This document shows positions 1 to 8,309 of a DNA stretch of 51,695 nucleotides, in pieces. The stretch spans positions 1-51,695 of the forward strand of contig CAIWCD010000006.1 of assembly GCA_903911145.1 (NCBI GenBank), read 5' to 3'. The position numbers and the translations under genes are program-made. How positions within the stretch are numbered: the stretch's first letter is position 1; the number at the start of each line of letters is the position of its first letter. The notes beneath the pieces were generated by a model. The model ran no database searches, was not told the origin of the DNA, and saw only the letters and a list, made by a program, of their open reading frames with translations. The DNA is from an uncultured delta proteobacterium. GTDB lineage: Bacteria > Myxococcota > Myxococcia > Myxococcales > 40CM-4-68-19.

Positions 1-1283
1 GAGCCTGTACATTCTTTTGTGCTCTCAGATGTGAGAGGAGAGCACGGTGGCGAAGAGAAAAATCCGAGACGAGTTATTGGACGAGCTGCTCGACGGGGCC
101 AAGACGCAAGCGGCGATCTTTGGGCCGGGAGGTCTGCTCAAGCAGCTGACCGGTGCGCTCGTCGAGCGAGCGCTGCGGGCTGAGTTGTCAGAGCACCTCG
201 ACGTCGAGAAGGACTCGGGCCTGCCCAATCGGCGCAACGGCAGCAGCGAGAAGACGCTTCACACCGAGCAAGGGCCGACGCCGATCGAGGTGCCGCGCGA
301 TCGCGAGGCGCGCTTCGAGCCGCGGCTGGTTCCCAAGCACGCGACGCGGGTCGAGGGTCTCGACGAGAAGATCATCGCGCTCTACAGCCGCGGCCTGTCG
401 ACGCGCGATATCCAATCGGAACTATCAGACCTATATGGGACTGATATCTCGCCGACGCTGGTGTCGCGCGTAACCGACGCCGTGCAGGAGGAGATCGAGG
501 CGTGGCAGCGGCGACGCCTCGAGCGCGTCTATGCGGTGATGTGGCTCGACGCACTGGTGGTGAAAATGCGCCACGAAGGCGTGGTGCAAAACCGCGCGGT
601 GCACGTCGCGATCGGCCTCACCAGCGATGGGCACAAGGAGATCCTCGGCCTCTGGGTCGAGACCAACGAGGGCGCGAAATTCTGGATGCGCGTGCTGTCT
701 GAGATCCAGGCTCGCGGCGTCGAGGATGTGCTGATCGCGTGCGTCGATGGACTCAAAGGGTTTCCTGCGGCGATTCAAGCGGTGTTTCCCAAGGCGATGG
801 TGCAGTCGTGCCTGGTGCATCAAGTCCGGAATTCGCTCTCGTATGTGCCGTGGAAAGATCGGAAATCCGTCGCGGCTGGGCTGCGCGCGATCTACACCGC
901 CGAGAGCGAGCAGAGCGCCCGCGAACGCCTCGATGCCTTCGAACTCGAGTGGGGAAGACGCTTCCCGATGATCGCCCGCAGCTGGCGCGCAAACTGGGAT
1001 CAGCTGACGGGATTCCTCGCGTTTCCACTCGAGGTCCGCAAGCTCATCTACACAACCAACGCGATCGAATCGCTCAACTTCCAGCTGCGCAAAGTCATCA
1101 AGAGCAAGGGCCATTTCCCGAGCGAGGAGGCCGCCCTGAAGCTGCTCTTCCTCGCTCTGCGCAACATCGAGCGCAAGTGGCTCAGACCTGCACACAGCTG
1201 GCGCGCCGCACTCGCGCAGCTCGCTGTTTACTTCGGTGACAGACTGCCTAACCCAACCTGAGCACAAAAAGGTTTACAGGCTC
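1..1283 (+). mobile_element. IS256-family insertion sequence
   Basis: Terminal inverted repeats 1-24 (GAGCCTGTACATTCTTTTGTGCTC) and 1260-1283 (reverse complement GAGCCTGTAAACCTTTTTGTGCTC) match at 20/24 and enclose one transposase. The left flank is outside the window, so a target duplication cannot be checked. Confidence 0.95.
47..1261 (+). CDS. IS256-family (Mutator-type DDE) transposase
   Basis: 404 aa with the typical motifs RNG..KT, VPRDR..FEP, LDAL, CVDGLKGF, CLVHQVRNS and IYTTNAIES. Confidence 0.97.
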   Translation: MAKRKIRDELLDELLDGAKTQAAIFGPGGLLKQLTGALVERALRAELSEHLDVEKDSGLPNRRNGSSEKTLHTEQGPTPIEVPRDREARFEPRLVPKHATRVEGLDEKIIALYSRGLSTRDIQSELSDLYGTDISPTLVSRVTDAVQEEIEAWQRRRLERVYAVMWLDALVVKMRHEGVVQNRAVHVAIGLTSDGHKEILGLWVETNEGAKFWMRVLSEIQARGVEDVLIACVDGLKGFPAAIQAVFPKAMVQSCLVHQVRNSLSYVPWKDRKSVAAGLRAIYTAESEQSARERLDAFELEWGRRFPMIARSWRANWDQLTGFLAFPLEVRKLIYTTNAIESLNFQLRKVIKSKGHFPSEEAALKLLFLALRNIERKWLRPAHSWRAALAQLAVYFGDRLPNPT

Positions 1284-1454
1284 CATCATGGAGCCTTACC
1301 CTCGACGGGATTGTCTCGCGTTGCTCGAACGCCTCAAGCTCGTCTGACTTCGCTCGCAGTCCGCGCTGTCGCATCGGTATGCTGGAGGAGGCCCCCCGAA
1401 AAACCGCGTTGGCCGATTCCCGCCACGCAACCGATCCGGTAGAGGCGAAGGACA

Positions 1455-2684
1455 ATGACGAGACCGCTTCGCCTGACCGGACTGTTTCTCCTGCTCGCCA
1501 CCTTCACCGCCTGCGGCGTCGAAGAGGAGACGCGCGGCCACCCTGGCATCGAGCTCGATGCGTTTCGCGGCGAGCCGTCGAACGCGCTGACCGTCTGCGC
1601 GAGCGGCGTCACGCTCAATGGAATCGACGTCTCGCACTACAACGGGACGGTGAATTGGGCTGCCGTGAAGGGCGCGAATCGCAGCTTCGCGTTCGCCAAG
1701 GCCACCGAGGGGCTCACCTATTCCGACCCGCAGTTCGCGACCAACTGGGCGGCAATGAAGCAGGCGGGCATCGTGCGCGGCGCGTACCACTTCTTCCGCC
1801 GCAACGACGACGGCAAGGCGCAGGCGGACTGGTTGCTCTCGCATGTCACGTTGGAGCCGGGAGATCTGCCGCCGGTGCTCGACTGGGAGTGGGAGTCGAC
1901 GGCGGATCCGGGAGCCGCGACCTCGGTGGCGCGGGCGCAGGCGTTTGTCGACGAAATCCGCGCGCAGACAGGCGTGAGCCCCATCGTCTACTCGTCAGCG
2001 AGTTTCCTCGCGACGGTGGGAAGCCCGACGCAGTTCAACACGCTGCCACTCTGGGACGCGATCTACAGCGGGAGCTGCCCGACCATCCCCAACGCGTGGG
2101 CGACGTGGACGTTCTGGCAATACTCCTCGACCGGCACGCTTCTGGGCGATGGAGGAGTCGGCGGTGTCGACGTGAATCTCTTCAACGGAACGCTCGCGCA
2201 GCTTCAAGCACTGACGATCCCCGCCGCGGTTGCTGATGGCGGCGTCGATGCTGGCGCGCAGGACGCGGGCGAACTCGATGCAGGCCTGCACGACGCGGGT
2301 ACGGTCGACGCGGGAGAGGTGGACGCAGGCACGCTCGATGGCGGTGCAATTGACGGCGGCACGCACGATGGGGGTGCAGTCGATGCGGGCGAGGCCGACG
2401 CAGGCTCGCACGACGCTGGCATTGTTGACGCGGGAGAGACCGACGCGGGCACTTCCGACGCTGGTGCAGTCGACGGTGGCGTCCATGACGGTGGGCATGC
2501 CGATGCGGGGCATCCCGACGCTGGACTGTGGACCGTTAGCGATGGCGGCTTCGAACCTCCCGCTCCGCTGAGCGGCGGCTGCGGCACGGCCCCGACAGAG
2601 AGCGGCGCAGCCTCTCCGCTCTGGCTGCTCTTCGCGTTCCTCGCGTTGCTCCGTCTGCGCGCGCGGTTGCCGTCCGACGCTTGA
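1455..2684 (+). CDS. GH25 muramidase lipoprotein with DAG-repeat linker and MYXO-CTERM-like C-terminus
   Basis: Lipobox FTAC; GH25 motifs GIDVSHYNG, AKATEG, GAYHFF, PPVLDWE, FWQYS, VDVN; D-A/G-G repeat linker; C-terminal GGCG followed by a hydrophobic helix and Arg residues. Confidence 0.9.
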   Translation: MTRPLRLTGLFLLLATFTACGVEEETRGHPGIELDAFRGEPSNALTVCASGVTLNGIDVSHYNGTVNWAAVKGANRSFAFAKATEGLTYSDPQFATNWAAMKQAGIVRGAYHFFRRNDDGKAQADWLLSHVTLEPGDLPPVLDWEWESTADPGAATSVARAQAFVDEIRAQTGVSPIVYSSASFLATVGSPTQFNTLPLWDAIYSGSCPTIPNAWATWTFWQYSSTGTLLGDGGVGGVDVNLFNGTLAQLQALTIPAAVADGGVDAGAQDAGELDAGLHDAGTVDAGEVDAGTLDGGAIDGGTHDGGAVDAGEADAGSHDAGIVDAGETDAGTSDAGAVDGGVHDGGHADAGHPDAGLWTVSDGGFEPPAPLSGGCGTAPTESGAASPLWLLFAFLALLRLRARLPSDA

Positions 2685-2810
2685 CGAAAATGTTTTCCGG
2701 GGTAACGGTCTGATCGCAGCGTCGCTCCTCGAGAGACGCTGCGATCGACTGGAACACGCTGTTGCGTCCGGCGCCGCCGCACGCGCAGGCCCTCAACGCG
2801 GGAGGCAGGG

Positions 2811-3230
2811 ATGAATGCGATCGACCCGACCTGGCGCCTCGTGCAGGAGAGCCCGAATACCCGGTTCTACGAGATCGAGTCGGAGATCCTCGCGATCGTC
2901 CCCAAGCCGTCGGCCATGGACAATCGCGAGTCCGCGCTGGTCAACGTGAACATCCTCAACGCCCACTGGAGACAGAAGGGGCACCCGGGTTGCGTGGTCG
3001 CACTTTTCGACAGCGGGGCCGGACAGGACTCCGGCGCACGGGCCGTCTATCGCGACAACATGAGCCCGAAGGACTTCCCCGCCATCGCCTTTGTCGGCGG
3101 CACGCTGATGGGCCGCGCGATGGGAAATCTCTTCTTCCGGCTCAGTCGTGTCGCGATTCCGATGCAGCTGTTCGGCGAGGTCGCCCCAGCTCTCATCTGG
3201 CTGCGTAGCCAGATGGGAAAATCGAAGTAG
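2811..3230 (+). CDS. hypothetical protein (possibly STAS/SpoIIAA-like)
   Basis: 139-aa ORF with upstream GGGAGG and host-like codon usage. The ending 'PMQLFGEVAPALIWLR' resembles small myxobacterial STAS-like proteins; this assignment is tentative. Confidence 0.6.
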   Translation: MNAIDPTWRLVQESPNTRFYEIESEILAIVPKPSAMDNRESALVNVNILNAHWRQKGHPGCVVALFDSGAGQDSGARAVYRDNMSPKDFPAIAFVGGTLMGRAMGNLFFRLSRVAIPMQLFGEVAPALIWLRSQMGKSK

Positions 3231-3330
3231 CCGGGGCCGTGCGATCGCGTTGAAGACGTCTCACCGCAACATGCGATCGTGCGCGGGCTCGATGCCGGAT
3301 CGCGCAACGGGTCCTGCCTTTTGCGGCCAG

Positions 3331-3434
3331 AAAAGGTGAGGCCCCTGACGTCTCTCGATTGCTCGAGAATCGTCAGAGGCCTCGATTGGTCGGGGCGACT
3401 GGATTCGAACCAGCGACCACTTGCACCCCAAGCA
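3331..3434 (-). repeat. att site: duplicated 3' half of tRNA-Pro plus downstream terminator
   Basis: 101/104 identical to 13661-13764. Positions 3387-3434 are an exact copy of the tRNA 3' portion. Confidence 0.95.
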
Positions 3435-3793
3435 TCGACGGCTCCATCACAGCGGTTCCCAATGGTTCGCAAGCTTTGGCAATCATTGGATCTGAGGCTG
3501 CCGCTGGCGTCCATCCATCACAACGATTCGGAGGGTTTTCCAAAGATTTTGGTGCCAATTTGGTGCCACGATTTTCCGCGGATTCAGCTCGTGCATCGGC
3601 GGCTGAATATCTCGGCGCGCTCGAAGAATTGCTCACCGTCAGCCAGGTCGCCGCGCACTTCGGCGTCTGCACCGCGACCATCTACAAGTGGGCCGCGAGC
3701 GGCGTCCTTCCTCACGTACGCATCGTGAACGTCATCCGCGTTCGCCGCGCGGATCTCGCGCAGCTCATCGCCAACCTGCCTTGCGTTCGTTGA
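3435..3793 (+). CDS. Detached 3' segment of the integrase gene, ending in an excisionase-like HTH (HTH_17 type)
   Basis: Open from the att core in the same frame as integrase 12399; ends LLTVSQVAAHFGVCTATIYKWAASGVLPHVRIVNVIRVRRADL. Confidence 0.85.
3548..3568 (+). promoter_or_regulatory. Putative integrase arm-type sites (TTTGGTGCCA x2, 11-bp period)
   Basis: The same pair recurs at 13626-13646, just inside the other end of the element. Confidence 0.7.
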
Positions 3794-3827
3794 GGAGACC
3801 CGCAATAATATTGCCCGAGGTGCGGTT

Positions 3828-4436
3828 ATGATTGTTGGTCTGAGCGAGCGTCCAAGCGGAGGATTGTCCCTCAAAGAAGCGGCTGTGCTGGCGCGGGTCA
3901 CGGAGAAGAGCATCCGGCACGAGCTGGCGGCGAAGATCGTGCGACCGCTGCGACGCGCCCATCACCACGTCGAGTTTGATCCGCGAGTCGTGTTCTATCT
4001 CGCCCTCGTCTCAAGCCTGCCTGTCGAACTTCCGAAGAGCGAGCGACGAGATCTCTTCGAGTTGCTGACGCACGATCACGCAAAACACGGGAACTGGACG
4101 CGCGAGGCGAGTCGCCTGGTTCGGGGGGGCACGGTGCCGATCGAGGTTTCCACATCGGATCTCGGCCGCACCGTCGCCGAACGGCTCAGGCTGTTCTCTC
4201 GCGGCATGAAGCGCGTGGTTGCGACGACGGAGATCCTCGGCGGCGAACCGGTGTTCAAGGGCACGCGTGTCTCTGTTCGTCACGTGGGCCTGCTCGCGAA
4301 GAGAGACGTTCCGATGCCTGAGTTGCGCGAGGACTTCCCGAGCCTGTCCGAGGACGACATTGCCTTTGCGCGGCTCTTCGTTGAACTCGGCCGCGCTCCT
4401 GGCCGCCCGCGAAAGTTGAAGCTCATCCGCTCGTGA
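3828..4436 (+). CDS. DUF433-domain antitoxin (VapB45-like)
   Basis: C-terminal ILGGEPVFKGTRVSV...EDFPSLSEDDIAFA; overlaps the next gene (GTGA). Confidence 0.88.
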   Translation: MIVGLSERPSGGLSLKEAAVLARVTEKSIRHELAAKIVRPLRRAHHHVEFDPRVVFYLALVSSLPVELPKSERRDLFELLTHDHAKHGNWTREASRLVRGGTVPIEVSTSDLGRTVAERLRLFSRGMKRVVATTEILGGEPVFKGTRVSVRHVGLLAKRDVPMPELREDFPSLSEDDIAFARLFVELGRAPGRPRKLKLIRS

Positions 4437-4807
4437 AAGCGCTCATCGACGAAAACTTGTCGCCGTCCCTCGTCGAGAGACTCGGCGAGATCGGCATCGC
4501 CGCGGTGCATGTCGTCCACGTCGGCAAGAGCGGCGTAGACGACGCTGCGCTCTGGCAGTACGCGCTTGAGCAAGCCCGGGTGGTGATCACCATCAACGCC
4601 AGCGACTTTGTGAAGCTTGCGGAAGGGTCGGGAATCCACGCCGGGCTCGTCGTCCTTCGGTCGCAGGGGCTGTCGCGCGCGGAGCAGTGGGCCTGGATAA
4701 AGCCGGTCTTCGAGGCCGTCATTGGTTCTGGCGAGGATCTCCTCAACAGGGTCGTCGAGGTGACGAGTACTGGCAAGTTCACGGTCCGCGCGATTCCGCC
4801 CACCTGA
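4433..4807 (+). CDS. DUF5615 PIN-like toxin (VapC45-like)
   Basis: LIDENLSP...D..LWQYA...RVVITINASDF...HAGLVVLR; coupled to the DUF433 gene. Confidence 0.88.
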   Translation: MKALIDENLSPSLVERLGEIGIAAVHVVHVGKSGVDDAALWQYALEQARVVITINASDFVKLAEGSGIHAGLVVLRSQGLSRAEQWAWIKPVFEAVIGSGEDLLNRVVEVTSTGKFTVRAIPPT

Positions 4808-4852
4808 CAAATCGGTCCATCCGCACGGTCGGAGCAGATCCGCTCCGCGAGT

Positions 4853-5116
4853 TCAGTGGCCATTCGCTTCGCCGGCGAGTTCGGCCGGGTCGTAGTCGAT
4901 GATGGGCACGCGCATGCGGGAGAGCTCGTCCATGAAGCCCTGCTTCGAAAGCCCGGCGACATCCGCGGCCAGCCCCAGCGTCACCCGCTGCATCTCGAAG
5001 AGCTTGACGGCGAGCAACACACATAACTCATGCTCCAGCTCGTCCGCCGACCGCCCCGTCGCAATGGCGAGGTCGTCGAATCGCGGGACTGAAATCGAGT
5101 GCGGTTGCTGGCTCAC
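4853..5116 (-). CDS. UPF0175-family antitoxin-like protein
   Basis: LAVKLFEMQRVTLGLAADVAGLSKQGFMDELSRMRVPIIDYDPAEL pattern. Confidence 0.82.
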   Translation of the reverse strand: MSQQPHSISVPRFDDLAIATGRSADELEHELCVLLAVKLFEMQRVTLGLAADVAGLSKQGFMDELSRMRVPIIDYDPAELAGEANGH

Positions 5117-5166
5117 GTCATGCTCCGTGTCTACGAATCATATCGCGCCCCATGCGTGACTGCGAT

Positions 5167-5430
5167 TCAGTACTCGTCGAGGTGCTCCCGAACGATCACT
5201 TTCAGCATGGGTTGGTAGCCGAGCCCCCTCTTCGCGGCTTTCTCGCGGAGCTTGTCGATCAGGTCCGGTTCGAGAACGATTGAGGTCGGCATATTCGTGC
5301 GGATCGGCCGAAGCCCACCGGCAGCGCGGATGTCCTCTCCGAGATCTCGCTTCTCAAACTCCTCGACGTGGAGGTCGTGGCTACGAACCTTCCTGGGAAC
5401 GGCGTTGGAGCTTTGCCTTCGCTTCGTCAT
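5167..5430 (-). CDS. CopG/BrnA-like antitoxin
   Basis: TSIVLEPDLIDKLREKAAKRGLGYQPMLKVIVRE; AGGAGG RBS before the ATG at 5430. Confidence 0.8.
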   Translation of the reverse strand: MTKRRQSSNAVPRKVRSHDLHVEEFEKRDLGEDIRAAGGLRPIRTNMPTSIVLEPDLIDKLREKAAKRGLGYQPMLKVIVREHLDEY

Positions 5431-5481
5431 AGAGCCTCCTTTCATTCCGTCGCATCGGTCGACAGCGTGCCGGTATCAGCA

Positions 5482-5709
5482 CTACTTCCCGAGGACGGCG
5501 CGCGCCCATGCCTTCGCCTCCCGAGAAGGGTTGCCATGCTCTCGCTGGATGTCCCTCACAAGCTGGGCCATCGATTCCGACTCCAACCGAGCCGACACGG
5601 CGCTTGCGATGTAGGCGCTCACGGATGGCGACCGTTGCGAGCGAACCTGGGCCCGCACTTGAGCGATGGTTCTCAGGTCCAGCGTGATGGCGATCTTCGC
5701 TTTGGACAT
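5482..5709 (-). CDS. Ribbon-helix-helix antitoxin-like protein
   Basis: MSKAKIAITLD...SVSAYIASAV, a beta strand followed by two helices. Confidence 0.72.
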   Translation of the reverse strand: MSKAKIAITLDLRTIAQVRAQVRSQRSPSVSAYIASAVSARLESESMAQLVRDIQREHGNPSREAKAWARAVLGK

Positions 5710-5807
5710 GCTTTCATCATACCAACGGGAGGCGGCTCGCGAAACGGGGGAGTGACTACACGGACGGAGCGTGCGACTTCGGAGTGCGATTGCCCTCAAG
5801 CTTGCGC

Positions 5808-6884
5808 ATGGCGCGATCCTCCGGCGACATCTTCGATGCACTCGCGAGCGTTGGTGCCCTCCAAAAGGCATGGTCGCGCGCGGCCAGGGGCAAGCGCGCG
5901 CGGCCGGACGTATGCGAGTTCGAACGAGGCTGGCCCGATGCCCTGGTCTCCCTGGCGCAGAGCCTGAGGGATGGTTCGTGGCGGCCTGCCGGATATCGCT
6001 CCTTCATCTGGCGCGAGCGCGGCAAGCGGCGGCTCATCTCGGCTGCGCCGTTCGCCGACCGTGTCGTCCACCACGCGATCACCGCCGCGATCGAGCCCAC
6101 CTACGAGCGCCGCTTCCTGCCCTGGAGCTTCGCCAACCGGCGCGGCCGGGGCACGCACGCCGCGCTCGCCCAGGCGCTGCACGGCGCGGCTCGCTTTCGC
6201 TGGGTGCTCAAGCTCGACGTGCAGCGGTTCTTCCCCAGCGTGGACCACGCCGTGCTGCTCGCTCTCCTGAGGAACGTCGTGCACGAGCGCGCGTTGCTGG
6301 AGCTGATCGAGCGCCTGTTGGCGAGCGGCAACGGCCTGCTCGCCTCCGAGTGGAAGCCGGTGCTCTTCCCCGGCGACGACCTGCTCGCGCTCACGCGGCC
6401 CAAGGGGCTGCCGATCGGCAACCAGACCAGCCAGTTCTTCGCCAACGTGCTCCTGCACCCGGTCGATCTGCTCATCGCGCAGCGGCTCCAGCCTGGGCTC
6501 GCGGCCCGCTATGTCGACGACATCCTGCTCTTCGACCACGATCGAGGCCGCTTGCACGACGCGCGCGCCGCCATCGAGGAGAAGCTCGCTTTGCTACGGC
6601 TCCGGGCGCACGAGCGAAAGACGCGGCTATGGGACGCGCGCGAAGGGGTTCCGTTCGTGGGCTATCGGGTGTTCCCGTGGGGCGCGAAGCTGCCGGGCGC
6701 GAGCGTGACTCGGTTGCGCTGCCACCTGCGCGCCGTGGCCGAGGAGTATGCGGACGGCGTTCTCGACCTGGCCGGCGCGAAGCAGCGCATCTCCGGGCTG
6801 ATTGGTCACGCTCGTCCGGCTCGTGCAGAGGCAGTCCTCGGCGATGCGCTCGATGATTTTCCGCTGGTTCGCCACCCGAAATGA
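5808..6884 (+). CDS. DGR-type reverse transcriptase
   Basis: KRRLISAAPFADRVVHHA, LKLDVQRFFPSVDH, GLPIGNQTSQFFAN (DGR [I/L]GxxxSQ signature), catalytic RYVDD, FVGY. About 358 aa, with no maturase or endonuclease extension. Confidence 0.95.
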   Translation: MARSSGDIFDALASVGALQKAWSRAARGKRARPDVCEFERGWPDALVSLAQSLRDGSWRPAGYRSFIWRERGKRRLISAAPFADRVVHHAITAAIEPTYERRFLPWSFANRRGRGTHAALAQALHGAARFRWVLKLDVQRFFPSVDHAVLLALLRNVVHERALLELIERLLASGNGLLASEWKPVLFPGDDLLALTRPKGLPIGNQTSQFFANVLLHPVDLLIAQRLQPGLAARYVDDILLFDHDRGRLHDARAAIEEKLALLRLRAHERKTRLWDAREGVPFVGYRVFPWGAKLPGASVTRLRCHLRAVAEEYADGVLDLAGAKQRISGLIGHARPARAEAVLGDALDDFPLVRHPK

Positions 6885-6889
6885 GCGGG

Positions 6890-7192
6890 CTACGGCAGAG
6901 GCGGACCGCTGCCCCGCGCCCCATGCCAGAGCGCATGAACGGTGGCGACTTCACCGTCGAGCGTGACGTAGAGCGCATACTGCGTGCGGGGCATCCTCAC
7001 CCGGCGCACAATCTTCCCCTCGACCTCGGCGAAGACCTGGGCGAGCAGGGGCGTGCTCTCAAGATGCGCGAGCGCGGCGGTCAGGTCCTCCTCGAATAGC
7101 TCCGCCGCTGCCAACCTGTTCACGCGCCACCAAGCGGCTGCCGCAAGGATCTGCGCTCGGGCGGCTGGCGTGAACTCGACCCGGACGGTCAA
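6890..7192 (-). CDS. RelE/ParE-family toxin
   Basis: VEFTPAARAQI...YALYV...VHALWHGARG pattern. Confidence 0.85.
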   Translation of the reverse strand: MTVRVEFTPAARAQILAAAAWWRVNRLAAAELFEEDLTAALAHLESTPLLAQVFAEVEGKIVRRVRMPRTQYALYVTLDGEVATVHALWHGARGSGPPLP

Positions 7193-7425
7193 CGTGCGGA
7201 TCGGAGGTCGGCTAGGAGGTCGCTCGCAGGCACGCCCGTACCAGGGGAGTGGGTACGAATCGAATCTCCCAAGAAGCTGATGAGCCGCGCGCGTTCGCCA
7301 GTGTCAAGCTCGTCAATTTCGTCCATCGGAACGAGCTCAACCACAGTCCCGTCCGGCAGCGTGGTCGGCTCGTCGAGCACAAGCCGCCCACCAGACACCT
7401 TGGCTCGAAGTGGCGAAGAGGACAT
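7189..7425 (-). CDS. Putative antitoxin (DUF104/AF2212-like N-terminus)
   Basis: LRAKVSGGRLVLDEPTTLPDGTVVEL; 4-nt overlap with the toxin. Confidence 0.75.
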   Translation of the reverse strand: MSSSPLRAKVSGGRLVLDEPTTLPDGTVVELVPMDEIDELDTGERARLISFLGDSIRTHSPGTGVPASDLLADLRSAR

Positions 7426-7620
7426 GCCGGGAATCATAGCAGAGTGGAAAGAAAGGCGCCCCGCGCTGGCGACGCCATCCCCTGCTTCCGCGCGGCCCGG
7501 ACCCGCGCGCACGGCTCAACACCGCGCGCCGGCCCCGCCGACCACCCGAAGGAGGCCTGTAGGGTCCACCCGGCAACGACCGACCGCGAGTGGCCGCTGC
7601 TCGCTCGGGTGAAGGACTCG

Positions 7621-7731
7621 ACTGGGCACAACGAAACCCGTTGTTGTTGTTCCTGTTGGACGGATTGTTGTTGTTGCGGTTCGAAGCGCGGAAGTTCGTC
7701 GGATTGTCGTTGTTCCAGGAACCGCCGCGCA
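7621..7731 (-). repeat. DGR template repeat (TR)
   Basis: 111-nt ungapped match to 8312-8422; rich in AAC/AAT triplets (reads RGGSWNNDNPTNFRASNRNNNNPSNRNNNNGFRCAQ); 22 of 23 mismatches are at TR adenines. Confidence 0.97.
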
Positions 7732-7813
7732 TCCGGCCTCCTCGGGCACTGCGCGCGCGAGCGTATCAGATGCTCGGCCCGGCGAACCTGCGAACCCCAA
7801 GGCGGGCATTGGA

Positions 7814-8149
7814 TCACCGAGCGAGCTTCTTGCGCCACCCGCCCAAGAGCCGGCCAGCCTCCGCGGTCAGCGTCATCAACTCGGTCGCGCGGCCCTCCGA
7901 GAACAGCCCGAGATCGACTCCGAGCCGCAGGCAGACCCGCCACCGCGCGAGCGCTACATCCGCCACACGCAGCGAGTCGAGCGGGCTCTGCGCCTGCGTC
8001 GCGCTGGTGATGGCTTCGTGGAAGTCGAACGCGGCCTCCTCCATCCGGCGGCCAAGGACCGCGCGCCGCGAGCGCGGCATCCGCTCGCTCTGCTTGCATG
8101 CTTCGCGCAACAGGTCATATGCGCGAGAGAAGAGCGGCGACTCGTTCAT
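7814..8149 (-). CDS. avd: DGR accessory variability determinant (four-helix-bundle Avd)
   Basis: 111 aa, basic and helical: SPLFSRAYDLL...MPRSRRAVLGRRME...EAGRLLGGW; lies between VR and TR. Confidence 0.9.
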   Translation of the reverse strand: MNESPLFSRAYDLLREACKQSERMPRSRRAVLGRRMEEAAFDFHEAITSATQAQSPLDSLRVADVALARWRVCLRLGVDLGLFSEGRATELMTLTAEAGRLLGGWRKKLAR

Positions 8150-8200
8150 GGGCTCCTTCTACTCTCCTGGCGGCGGGGAAAAACCGAGCGCGACGAGCGA

Positions 8201-8217
8201 CCCGCCCTTCGGGCGGG
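8201..8217 (-). promoter_or_regulatory. GC hairpin downstream of VR (candidate DGR target-recognition stem-loop)
   Basis: Perfect 7-bp stem CCCGCCC/GGGCGGG with a GAA loop on the coding strand, about 95 nt after VR. Confidence 0.5.
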
Positions 8218-8309
8218 AAGCATGGTGTCCACTCGCGGCCTCGTCTCTCGCTCTCGGAACTTCTGGAGTTCAGGAATCAGAAGCCAGAAATCAGGAATTC
8301 AACTGCGAC

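Noticed and set aside
1284..1292. IS256 target-site duplication
   Set aside because: The left flank lies outside the window, so it cannot be tested.
3387..3434. Second tRNA-Pro gene (likewise 27561-27606 as a second tRNA-Val)
   Set aside because: Only the 3' halves are present; these are att duplications.
5808..6884. RT as a group II intron, retron or CRISPR-associated RT
   Set aside because: It has the GxxxSQ motif, no maturase or endonuclease domain and no retron VTG motif, and an avd and TR/VR pair lie nearby.
5710..7480. Invertible segment explaining the RT orientation
   Set aside because: I found no inverted repeats at plausible breakpoints and no dedicated invertase; not supported by eye.
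7640..7715. (GTT)n tract as a microsatellite
   Set aside because: Explained by the AAC codons of the DGR template repeat.
7337..7732. 131-aa ORF beginning MRGGSWNNDN as a second target gene
   Set aside because: It is the TR read in the VR frame, and beyond TR it shows no protein-like sequence.
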